Notes under the pieces: generated by a model
Database searches by the model: none
Seen by the model: the letters and a program-made list of their open reading frames with translations, nothing else
What the model was told of the DNA's origin: nothing
In this document: positions 16,656 to 24,495 of the stretch, in pieces
Layout of the letters: the number at the start of each line of letters is the position of its first letter
How positions within the stretch are numbered: the stretch's first letter is position 1
Position numbers and translations under genes: made by a program
Source: an uncultured Syntrophaceae bacterium
GTDB lineage: Bacteria > Desulfobacterota > SM23-61
Reading direction: 5' to 3'
Length of the DNA stretch: 26,431 nt
Assembly: GCA_964421095.1 (NCBI GenBank)
Contig: CAYQWO010000007.1
Coordinates: forward strand, 1 to 26,431

Positions 16656-17066
16656 GTGGAAAAAGAAAGGAAGATAAGGTTTTTAATGGCCAGCCCTGGT
16701 TTGGACGGACATGACAGAGGTGCCAAGGTGGTTGCCCGGGCGTTGAAAGATGCAGGGATGGAAGTTATCTACGTGGGAATCCACCGCTCGGCAGAAGAAA
16801 TTGTAAGGGCTGCGGTTCAGGAGGATGTGGATTTTATTGGCTTGAGCATGCTTTCCGGAGCCCACCTCATATTGACCGAACAGGTTTTAAAGAAAATGGC
16901 CGAGCAAAAAATTGATGACATTCCCCTCATCGCGGGTGGGACCATTCCCAAAAAAGATGTTGAGAAATTAAAGAAGATGGGAGTCGCCCTTGTTTTTCCC
17001 ACCCAAGCACCTTTGGATCGGATTATTTCCGGGATAAAAGAATACCGATTGCCCCAAAGACCTTAA
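16656..17066 (+). CDS. B12-binding (small) subunit of split acyl-CoA mutase
   Basis: [15 protein letters not shown] (DxHxxG), GLSMLSGAH, AGGTIP; GTG start. Confidence 0.95.
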   Translation: MEKERKIRFLMASPGLDGHDRGAKVVARALKDAGMEVIYVGIHRSAEEIVRAAVQEDVDFIGLSMLSGAHLILTEQVLKKMAEQKIDDIPLIAGGTIPKKDVEKLKKMGVALVFPTQAPLDRIISGIKEYRLPQRP

Positions 17067-17120
17067 ACGGGGCAGGGGTAGATGAAGCCCTATAAAATCA
17101 GGCTCAAAAGGGGGAAGAAG

Positions 17121-18353
17121 ATGGAAAAAAGGAAAATTGGTAAATTGGGGTGGGTCTTCATGATGGTCTTATTTTTCGGTTTTTTGACGGATGGATATTT
17201 ATCTCCACCACCGACCTATGCTCAGGATACCATTCGTTTTGGGGCGGCCTTGTCTTTCACCGGAAGGGCGGCGCGGGAAGGACGCCTGAGCCGCCATGGC
17301 ATGGAACTTTGGCGCGATGTAGTGAACCAGAAGGGCGGGATTAGAGTTGGAAATAAGAATTACAAAGTGGACATTCTCTTTTACGATGACGAGAGCGACC
17401 CCAAGACCACGGCCAAGTTAGTGGAAAAGCTCATTACGGAAGATGGGATCAAATTTATCCTGGGCCCTTACGGGAGTACCACCAGCTTTGCCGCCAGTGC
17501 CATCACCGAGAAATACAGGGCGCTCATCGTGGTCGGGATGGGCTCTGCAGAAGCCATCTTCGAGATAGGCTTCAAGTATCTATTCGGCCCTCTGACCACA
17601 GCTTCCCATTACCTCACGAACTCTCTCAAATTATGTGCCGCCCAAAAACCCAAACCGGAGACGGTAGCCATCATATCCAAGAACGAGCTCTTTTCCATGC
17701 AGTCGGCAGAAGGGGGCAAAAAGACGGCAGAGGATCTGGGTTTCAAGGTGGTCTATTTTGAGAAGTATCCCCCAGATGCCAAAGACCTCTCCTCGGTCAT
17801 AAGCATCGTGCGGGCGAAAAACCCGGATATCTTTATCGTCTCCGGTCATTTCGCCGATAGTTTCCTTGCCGTGAAACAGGCGAAAGAACTCAAGTTAAAC
17901 CCCAAAGTAATCATCGGCAATGTCGGGGTAGCGACTCCGGACTTCATTACTTCCCTGAAGGAGGACGCGGAAAATATTTTAGGACCCACCCAGTGGGTGC
18001 CGAATCTGAAGACCCGTGACTCCGTCTTTGGCTCCGCAGAGGACTATACCCGCCTCTATGAGAAAAAATATAGTTATATCCCGGACTATCACTCTGCCGG
18101 ACAAAGTTCCGCCCCCCTGATCTTCCAGCTCGCCATCATGAAAGCCCAATCTCTGGAGGTGGATAAAGTAAGGGAGGCCATGGCCGCACTGGACACGGAT
18201 AGCTTCTTTGGCCACATCAAGTTCAATGAGAAAGGGATAAACATAGCCAAGGGAATGGCCGTGCTGCAAATTCAAGCCGGAAAACACGTCCCCATCCACC
18301 CCCCCGAAGTGGCTCTGGGAAAGCTTATTTACCCCAAACCGCCGTGGAAGTAG
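17121..18353 (+). CDS. livK: ABC transporter substrate-binding protein, LivK/HAAT family
   Basis: Signal peptide, IRFGAALSFTG, YDDESDP, ILGPYGS, FFGHIKFNEKG; heads the livHMGF set. Confidence 0.85.
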   Translation: MEKRKIGKLGWVFMMVLFFGFLTDGYLSPPPTYAQDTIRFGAALSFTGRAAREGRLSRHGMELWRDVVNQKGGIRVGNKNYKVDILFYDDESDPKTTAKLVEKLITEDGIKFILGPYGSTTSFAASAITEKYRALIVVGMGSAEAIFEIGFKYLFGPLTTASHYLTNSLKLCAAQKPKPETVAIISKNELFSMQSAEGGKKTAEDLGFKVVYFEKYPPDAKDLSSVISIVRAKNPDIFIVSGHFADSFLAVKQAKELKLNPKVIIGNVGVATPDFITSLKEDAENILGPTQWVPNLKTRDSVFGSAEDYTRLYEKKYSYIPDYHSAGQSSAPLIFQLAIMKAQSLEVDKVREAMAALDTDSFFGHIKFNEKGINIAKGMAVLQIQAGKHVPIHPPEVALGKLIYPKPPWK

Positions 18354-18364
18354 GAGGATAATCT

Positions 18365-19240
18365 TTGATCTACCAGATCCTTTCCAATGGGCTTTTGCTG
18401 GGGGGCCTCTTTGCGGTGGTGGCCATGGGCTTTTCCATCGTCTGGGGGGTCATGAACCTGATCAACCTGGCCCATGGAGCTTTCATCATGCTGGGGGCCT
18501 ATATCACCTTTTGGCTTTTTGAGCTATGGGGTATAGACCCCTTCCTTTCCATCCCGATTTCCATGGTTATCCTTTTTGTCGTTGGCTATCTTGTGCAGCG
18601 GCATGTAATTAACTTGGTGGTGAAAGCCCAGGTATTTATGACGCTCATTTTGACCTTCGGGCTGGAGATTCTCATCATGAATCTGAGCACCGTAGCCTGG
18701 ACGGGGAATTATCGTTCCGTTACCACCCTTTACTCAGGAGCTAATATCGAGATAGGCCCTCTCATCATTCCCTCGGTCCGCTTGGCGATTTTTTTGATTG
18801 CCTTAGGCATAACCGCCGGGCTCTATTTCTTCATCAGCAAAACCAAGACCGGCAATGCCATTAAGGCCACCAGTTTGGAAAAGGAGGCTGCTCAACTGGT
18901 GGGGATCGAGATTGGCCGGATGTATGCGATCACTTTTGCTATCGGAGGGGCCCTGGCGGGAGCGGCCGGGTCTCTCTTAGCCATCATATCCGCCATATCC
19001 CCCTACATGGGAGGGCCTTATACCTTAAAGGCTTTCGTGATCTGCGTTCTCGGGGGTTTAGGGAGCATTATCGGGTTGATCATCGGGGGCATAACCCTGG
19101 GAATGGCCGAATCGGTGGGGACTCTCCTTCTGGGCCCGGGCTACGCCGATGCCATCTCCTTTGTGATTCTGGTGGTTATTCTGGCCATCAGGCCCGAAGG
19201 ATTATTGGGAAAGAAGTTCTTTGCGGAAGTGAAGCACTGA
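18365..19240 (+). CDS. livH: HAAT-family ABC permease LivH
   Basis: GVMNLINLAHG, TGNAIKA, KAFVICVLGGLGS, RPEGLLG; TTG start 7 nt after AGGAGG. Confidence 0.9.
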   Translation: MIYQILSNGLLLGGLFAVVAMGFSIVWGVMNLINLAHGAFIMLGAYITFWLFELWGIDPFLSIPISMVILFVVGYLVQRHVINLVVKAQVFMTLILTFGLEILIMNLSTVAWTGNYRSVTTLYSGANIEIGPLIIPSVRLAIFLIALGITAGLYFFISKTKTGNAIKATSLEKEAAQLVGIEIGRMYAITFAIGGALAGAAGSLLAIISAISPYMGGPYTLKAFVICVLGGLGSIIGLIIGGITLGMAESVGTLLLGPGYADAISFVILVVILAIRPEGLLGKKFFAEVKH

Positions 19241-19260
19241 GCGGGGTAGAGAGAGATAAC

Positions 19261-20238
19261 GTGAATCTTTCGAGCATGACTCCTGGAAAGAAAAAGGCGT
19301 TGTTGTTGGTCCTTTGCGCTTTTTTGGTGGCGGCTCCCGCTCTTCTCACAGGGTACTGGATAAGAACGCTGACGGACATATTCATGTTTGCCATATTGGC
19401 CGCCAGCTGGAATCTCATTGCGGGCTATTGCGGTTATCCCGCTTTTGGTAACGTGGTCTTCTTCGGCCTGGGGGCCTATACGACAGGGATTCTCATGACC
19501 AAACTTCAGTTCTCGCTCCTTTCGGCAGTAGCTTCGGGGGGAATTCTGGCGGTGGTTCTGGCGGTGCTTTTGGGTTTCCCCTTACTGCGGCTCAAAGGGC
19601 ACTATTTTGCCATCGCCACTCTGGGAGTAAATGAAGCGCTGAGAGAAGTCGTTATCAACCTTACTGACCTTACGGGAGGGGGCTACGGAATCACTCTGCC
19701 GATTCTTCCTGGAAAGGTTGAATTCATCCTGGCCTTATTCTATTTCCTCATGCTGGGGCTTCTGGCGGCGGTGATCTTGCTTACCCAATTCATTTCGCAA
19801 AGCCGCTTCGGCTTTGGCTGCCGGGCGATTCGCGCGGACGAAGATGCGGCGGCTGTGCTCGGAATCCATACAACGAAATACAAGATCATAGCCTGGAGCT
19901 TGAGCGCCTTGTTTACGGGCTTGGCCGGAGGGTTATACGCTGCGTGGATGACGTATATCGATCCGGTCAGCGTCTTTGACATGAGCATTGCCGTCAAATT
20001 CTGCATCATGGTCCTGCTGGGAGGGGCGGGAACGGTTTGGGGGCCTGTTATAGGAGCTTTTATCCTCGAAATGATTTCCGTAATGGTCTGGTCCAAATTC
20101 GTCATCCTGCATGCCGCGATCCTGGGATTCATCATCATTCTGGTGGTCATTTTGATGCCTCGAGGGTTTATGCAGTTTATCCGGGGCCGTTTGAGCATGG
20201 CGGTTTTGCTGGCCAACATCAAGGAGAATCGAATCTGA
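19261..20238 (+). CDS. livM: HAAT-family ABC permease LivM
   Basis: SWNLIAGYCG, LRLKGHYFAIATLG, RAIRADEDAA, LGGAGTVWGP, PRG. Confidence 0.92.
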   Translation: MNLSSMTPGKKKALLLVLCAFLVAAPALLTGYWIRTLTDIFMFAILAASWNLIAGYCGYPAFGNVVFFGLGAYTTGILMTKLQFSLLSAVASGGILAVVLAVLLGFPLLRLKGHYFAIATLGVNEALREVVINLTDLTGGGYGITLPILPGKVEFILALFYFLMLGLLAAVILLTQFISQSRFGFGCRAIRADEDAAAVLGIHTTKYKIIAWSLSALFTGLAGGLYAAWMTYIDPVSVFDMSIAVKFCIMVLLGGAGTVWGPVIGAFILEMISVMVWSKFVILHAAILGFIIILVVILMPRGFMQFIRGRLSMAVLLANIKENRI

Positions 20239-21002
20239 TGGAAGTTTTGTTAGAAGGCGAGCGGGTAAGCAAATTTTTTGGGGGGCTGGAAGCGATCCAC
20301 GATCTTTCTTTCCAGGTCCACAAAGGAGAAATTACCGGCCTCATCGGGCCGAACGGAGCCGGGAAAACGACCCTGATCAACTTGATCACCGCTATTTACC
20401 CTGTATCGACGGGGAAAATCCGCTTTAAAGGAAAGGACATCACCCAAACGAAAGCCTACGAAATTGGCGAGATGGGGATCGCCCGAACGTTCCAGATTGC
20501 CAAACCTTTCTCAGGAATGACCGTGGGAGAGAATATCCTGATCGGAGCCTGGTTCGGAAAGTCAGGGATGAAGCGGACCAAGCAGGAGGCCTTGAAGAAA
20601 GTAGACGAGGTCCTGGAACTGGTCGGCCTTAGGAAGAAACAAGGCGTTTTAGTGGAGCAGACGACAATCCCCGACAGGAAAAGATTGGAACTGGGCAAAG
20701 CCCTGGCCATGGAGCCAGAGCTCCTGTTTCTGGATGAAGTAATGGCTGGGCTGACCCCGAAAGAAACGGAAGACGTGATGGCTTTGGTGAAGGAGTTAAA
20801 TCGGAAAGGAATTACCATTCTGGTCATCGAACACGTGATGAAAGCGATCATGGGCATCTCGGACCGGATCCTGGTCCTCGATCAAGGGAAGTTGCTCGCC
20901 CAGGGAACACCCGAAGAAATTTCTAAAAATGAAAGGGTCATTGGAGCCTACCTGGGGGCCAGGTACGCTCAAAAGAGTGGAATCAGGGTTAGCGATGCTT
21001 GA
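20238..21002 (+). CDS. livG: HAAT-family ABC ATPase LivG
   Basis: Walker A GPNGAGKTT, ARTFQ, LFLDEVMAGL, IEH; ATG overlaps the livM TGA. Confidence 0.93.
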   Translation: MEVLLEGERVSKFFGGLEAIHDLSFQVHKGEITGLIGPNGAGKTTLINLITAIYPVSTGKIRFKGKDITQTKAYEIGEMGIARTFQIAKPFSGMTVGENILIGAWFGKSGMKRTKQEALKKVDEVLELVGLRKKQGVLVEQTTIPDRKRLELGKALAMEPELLFLDEVMAGLTPKETEDVMALVKELNRKGITILVIEHVMKAIMGISDRILVLDQGKLLAQGTPEEISKNERVIGAYLGARYAQKSGIRVSDA

Positions 21003-21699
21003 AATAAGAGCGATTGAAGTGGCTTATGGAGACATCCAAGTCCTGTGGGGAATCAACTTGGAGGTCCACCAAGGGGAGATTGTCTCCATTATTGGATCCA
21101 ATGGGGCGGGAAAATCGACCCTGATTCGGACCATCTCCGGCTTGATCCGGCCCTTTCGGGGGGACATCTTTTATAGGGGGACGATGATTACCCATCAGCC
21201 TCCCAGTGAGATCGTAATGAGAGGAATTTCCCAGGTCCCGGAAGGAAGAAAACTGTTCTCCGGCATGACGGTCCAAGAAAATTTGATGATGGGATCCTAT
21301 TGCCGGAATAACCGCCAGGAGATAGAAGAGGACCTCAATTTCGTCTATCATCTTTTTCCCCGGCTGGCGGAAAGAAGAAAGCAGATTGCCGGAACTTTGA
21401 GTGGCGGAGAGCAGCAGATGTCGGCTATTGGCCGGGCTTTGATGTCCCGTCCCCAACTGCTTCTCATCGATGAACTCTCCCTCGGTCTTTCTCCTCTTTT
21501 AGTGGATAACCTCATGGAGGCCATCGGCCAGGTCCATCGAAGGGGGACAAGCATCCTGCTGGTCGAGCAGGACGTGCAAATTGCTCTGGAGCATGCCCAT
21601 CGGGGCTATGTGCTGGAGACTGGCCGTATTGTCCTTTCCGGACTATCCAAGGACTTGCTGGAAAATCCCGAGGTTAGGAGGTCGTACCTAGGGATTTGA
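20995..21699 (+). CDS. livF: HAAT-family ABC ATPase LivF
   Basis: GSNGAGKST, QVPEGRKLF, LSGGEQQM, IDELSLGLSP, LVEQ. Confidence 0.95.
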   Translation: MLEIRAIEVAYGDIQVLWGINLEVHQGEIVSIIGSNGAGKSTLIRTISGLIRPFRGDIFYRGTMITHQPPSEIVMRGISQVPEGRKLFSGMTVQENLMMGSYCRNNRQEIEEDLNFVYHLFPRLAERRKQIAGTLSGGEQQMSAIGRALMSRPQLLLIDELSLGLSPLLVDNLMEAIGQVHRRGTSILLVEQDVQIALEHAHRGYVLETGRIVLSGLSKDLLENPEVRRSYLGI

Positions 21700-21749
21700 A
21701 TTCGATGGAATTTCTTCCTCATCATCCCCTGAGATCTTAACAAAAGGTC

Positions 21750-23000
21750 ATGCCTAAATTTTTATTCAAACCTGCATCTTCCTGGGGCGTCGTGGCGATT
21801 TCCTTCGTCAATATCGCCCTGGCCTACGGCCTGAACTTCTCCTTTTCCGTGTTCTTCGTAGCGATCTTGGAGGAGTTTAAATGGAGCAGGGCCAGTATAG
21901 CGGGGGCTTTCTCGTTATCGTCTCTCGTATTAGGAATCGGGTCCTGGCCGGGAGGAAGGCTTATTGACCGATTCGGACCCCGAAAAATGTTGATGGTCGG
22001 GGCCATCATCCTTTCTTTGGCCACGATGGCCAGTGCGCTGATCCGGGAGGTCTGGCATCTTTACTTTCTTTTTGGAATCTTAGCTGGCCTGGGCATTTGC
22101 GGTCTGGGGTGGGTGCCCAATTCGGTCCTGCTTTCCAACTGGTTCGTGAAAAACCGGGGCAGCATGGTGGGCATCGCCTTCTCCGGGATGGGAATCGGAA
22201 TTCTTGCTGTGGGACCTTCGGCCCAATACCTTATATCCAGCCTGGGATGGCGAATGGCTTACTTGGTCTTTGGCCTGGCGGTCTTGGCGATCCTGCTGCC
22301 GTTAAACCTTTTTTTGCAGGACCGGCCGAATGGAAAACTGAAAAGTGAAGGCTCGGACCCAGATCAACAAAACCCGCTTCCCCAGGCCGAGAGCCCCAGC
22401 GAGAAAGGGGATTGGACCTTAAACCGTTCTATGAAAACCCTGCCTTTCTGGGCGCTCTTTATCTCTTTTTTTCTCATTCCTTTAGGCATTTATCCTGTAG
22501 CCATCCACCAGGTGGCCTACATCATCGACCAGGGCTACAGCAAGATATTGGCTGCTTTTGTCTTCGGAACCATGGGTTTATTGAGCACGGTCGGAAGGCC
22601 CCTTTTCGGAGCTCTCTCCGACCGCATCGGCAGAGAGAAAGCCGTCACCTGGAGCTTTATCAGTTCCATCGCCGGAATTCTCCTTCTCATTTTCTTGCCC
22701 GCCCTAAAAGCGGTATTCTGGCTCTACCTTTACGCCATCCTCTTCGGATTGGGCTTTGGAGCGCGCGGTCCCATCGTGGCGGCCATGCTGGCCGATAGAT
22801 TTTCGGGAAAATATTTTGGGAGTATCTATGGCTTCATTAACATCGGCAATGGGATGGGAGGGGCATTGGGTCCCTGGCTGGGAGGGGTTCTTTACGATTC
22901 GACCGGCAGCTACAGGATTCCCTTCCTTTTATGTATCCCGGTTCTGGTACTGGCCTGCTTCCTTTTCTGGGTAGCTGGGTCCGTCAGAGAGAAGAAATGA
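21750..23000 (+). CDS. MFS transporter (OFA/monocarboxylate-like)
   Basis: GRLIDRFGPR and GALSDRIGRE motif A, WFVKNRG, about 12 TM segments. Confidence 0.9.
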   Translation: MPKFLFKPASSWGVVAISFVNIALAYGLNFSFSVFFVAILEEFKWSRASIAGAFSLSSLVLGIGSWPGGRLIDRFGPRKMLMVGAIILSLATMASALIREVWHLYFLFGILAGLGICGLGWVPNSVLLSNWFVKNRGSMVGIAFSGMGIGILAVGPSAQYLISSLGWRMAYLVFGLAVLAILLPLNLFLQDRPNGKLKSEGSDPDQQNPLPQAESPSEKGDWTLNRSMKTLPFWALFISFFLIPLGIYPVAIHQVAYIIDQGYSKILAAFVFGTMGLLSTVGRPLFGALSDRIGREKAVTWSFISSIAGILLLIFLPALKAVFWLYLYAILFGLGFGARGPIVAAMLADRFSGKYFGSIYGFINIGNGMGGALGPWLGGVLYDSTGSYRIPFLLCIPVLVLACFLFWVAGSVREKK

Positions 23001-23032
23001 GGCAAGAAATGATTTTGCTTTTCCATTCGCCC

Positions 23033-23061
23033 TTGATTTGGTAGGATGTCGGGAAAATAAT
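23033..23061 (+). promoter_or_regulatory. Candidate sigma70 internal promoter for the TAXI-TRAP genes
   Basis: TTGATT-N17-AATAAT, followed by a GCACC-CAT-GGTGC hairpin before the AGGAGG RBS. Confidence 0.4.
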
Positions 23062-23106
23062 TGGATCAGCACCCATGGTGCCAATTTAGGAGAGGAGGTT
23101 AAGAAA

Positions 23107-24255
23107 ATGAGATTTTTAGGAAAGAGCCTTGTTTCCGGGGGGATCATTTTGGGTCTCTTATTGGCTATGATAACCCCGGCACTTGCTGCCGAAAAAACCT
23201 CTGGATTACCGGAGATGATGACCTGGAGTGCGTTCGATGTCGGCTCCAGAGGCTATGTTCAGGGGGCAGCAATATCGAATGCCTTAACCAAAAAATACAA
23301 AACGAAAGTGAGAATCCTGCCCTCGGGTACATCGATCGGCCGGATGCAGCCATTGAAAACTGGGGCGGCCAGTTACGGCCTTCTGGCCGACGAAGTTTTC
23401 TTTGCCGTAGAAGGCCTTTATGAATTCTCGCATATTGATTGGGGCCCGCAGGATCTAAGGGTTGCCCTGGCCCATCCGGCCCCCGTAAGCATAGTGGCCA
23501 CCGCCAAAAGTGGTATCAAAACACCCAAGGATTTTAAAGGGAAAAGGATTGCGTGGATTCCCGGGTCTTCGACGAGTAACGTAAAAACAGAGGCCTACCT
23601 TGCTTTTGCGGGGTTAACCTGGAAAGATGTCCAGAGAGTTGATATGCCCAGTTATGCCTCCGCCATGAAAGGTTTGATTGAGGGCAAGGTGGATGCCATG
23701 AATGTGGGGATCACAGCTCCGACCCTTTACGAACTTGAAACCTCACCCATGGGCATCTTCTGGCCAGAGTTTCCCCCTTCCGACAAGGAGGGTTGGAAAA
23801 GAATGAATGCCATCGCTCCTTGGCTTTCTCCTGGCAAATGCGAAATTGGACCGGGAATTAAAAAGGGACAACCTAAGGATCTTATTTCTTACACGTACCC
23901 TCAGTTGGTAACTTATGCCAAACAAGATGCCGGGGAAGTGTACGCCCTGGTGCAAGGGTTTGATGAAACCTTTGATATGTATAAGGATGCGGACCCAGAG
24001 TTGCCCGAATGGGCTATTTCCAGGTCTGGCCGAACCCCGGCCGGCGCCCCCTTTCACGAAGGGGCGATCCGTTATCTGAAAGAAAAAGGAATCTGGACCG
24101 CCGCCTCCGACCAATGGAACCAGAAATTTTTGGAGCGGGTAAAGAAACTACAAGAGGCCTGGAAAGTCACGCTCCAAGAAGCGAAGAGCAAAGGGATTTC
24201 GGAAAAAGATTTTCCTGAATTTTGGCTTAACAAGAGAAAGGGAATCAAGGATTAA
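23107..24255 (+). CDS. TAXI-family TRAP solute receptor
   Basis: Signal peptide, FDVGSRGY, DFKGKRIA, LIEGKVDA, APFHEGAIRYLKE; ATG 23107 follows AGGAGG. Confidence 0.88.
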   Translation: MRFLGKSLVSGGIILGLLLAMITPALAAEKTSGLPEMMTWSAFDVGSRGYVQGAAISNALTKKYKTKVRILPSGTSIGRMQPLKTGAASYGLLADEVFFAVEGLYEFSHIDWGPQDLRVALAHPAPVSIVATAKSGIKTPKDFKGKRIAWIPGSSTSNVKTEAYLAFAGLTWKDVQRVDMPSYASAMKGLIEGKVDAMNVGITAPTLYELETSPMGIFWPEFPPSDKEGWKRMNAIAPWLSPGKCEIGPGIKKGQPKDLISYTYPQLVTYAKQDAGEVYALVQGFDETFDMYKDADPELPEWAISRSGRTPAGAPFHEGAIRYLKEKGIWTAASDQWNQKFLERVKKLQEAWKVTLQEAKSKGISEKDFPEFWLNKRKGIKD

Positions 24256-24276
24256 GAATATATCTGTAAATACCGT

Positions 24277-24362
24277 TCCCCCCTTTGTAAAGGGGGGTAG
24301 GGGGGATTTATCAGCGGTTTGGCAAGGCAAATCCCCCTAAGTCCCCCTTTTCCAAAGGGGGA
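24277..24362. repeat. Head-to-head pair of REP-like palindromes (BIME-like)
   Basis: CCCCCCTTT-GT-AAAGGGGGG, then GGGGGATTT...AAATCCCCC, then TCCCCCTTT-TCC-AAAGGGGGA. Confidence 0.75.
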
Positions 24363-24413
24363 CTTCGCCCAGCAGCTTATTTACGGACAAGCTCTAAGGG
24401 TTTCTTGAAATAG

Positions 24414-24443
24414 GGCAGGGAGATCGCTCGGGATCTCCCCGCC
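24414..24443. repeat. Intergenic hairpin upstream of the fused TRAP permease
   Basis: GGGAGATC-GCTCGG-GATCTCCC 8-bp stem extended by GGC/GCC after one mismatch; no U-tract. Confidence 0.45.
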
Positions 24444-24495
24444 GAAATCTCTGGGAATGTTTGAGCAAATTGGCCTGCCGGAATAAAGGAAAGGT

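Noticed and set aside
20037-20237. Long N-terminal extension of LivG
   Set aside because: It overlaps livM out of frame; the TGATG coupling at 20236-20240 gives the real start.
23070-23086. Sigma54-like TGGCAC-N5-GTGCT
   Set aside because: It is on the strand opposite the downstream genes, has an imperfect -12, and is explained by the local hairpin.
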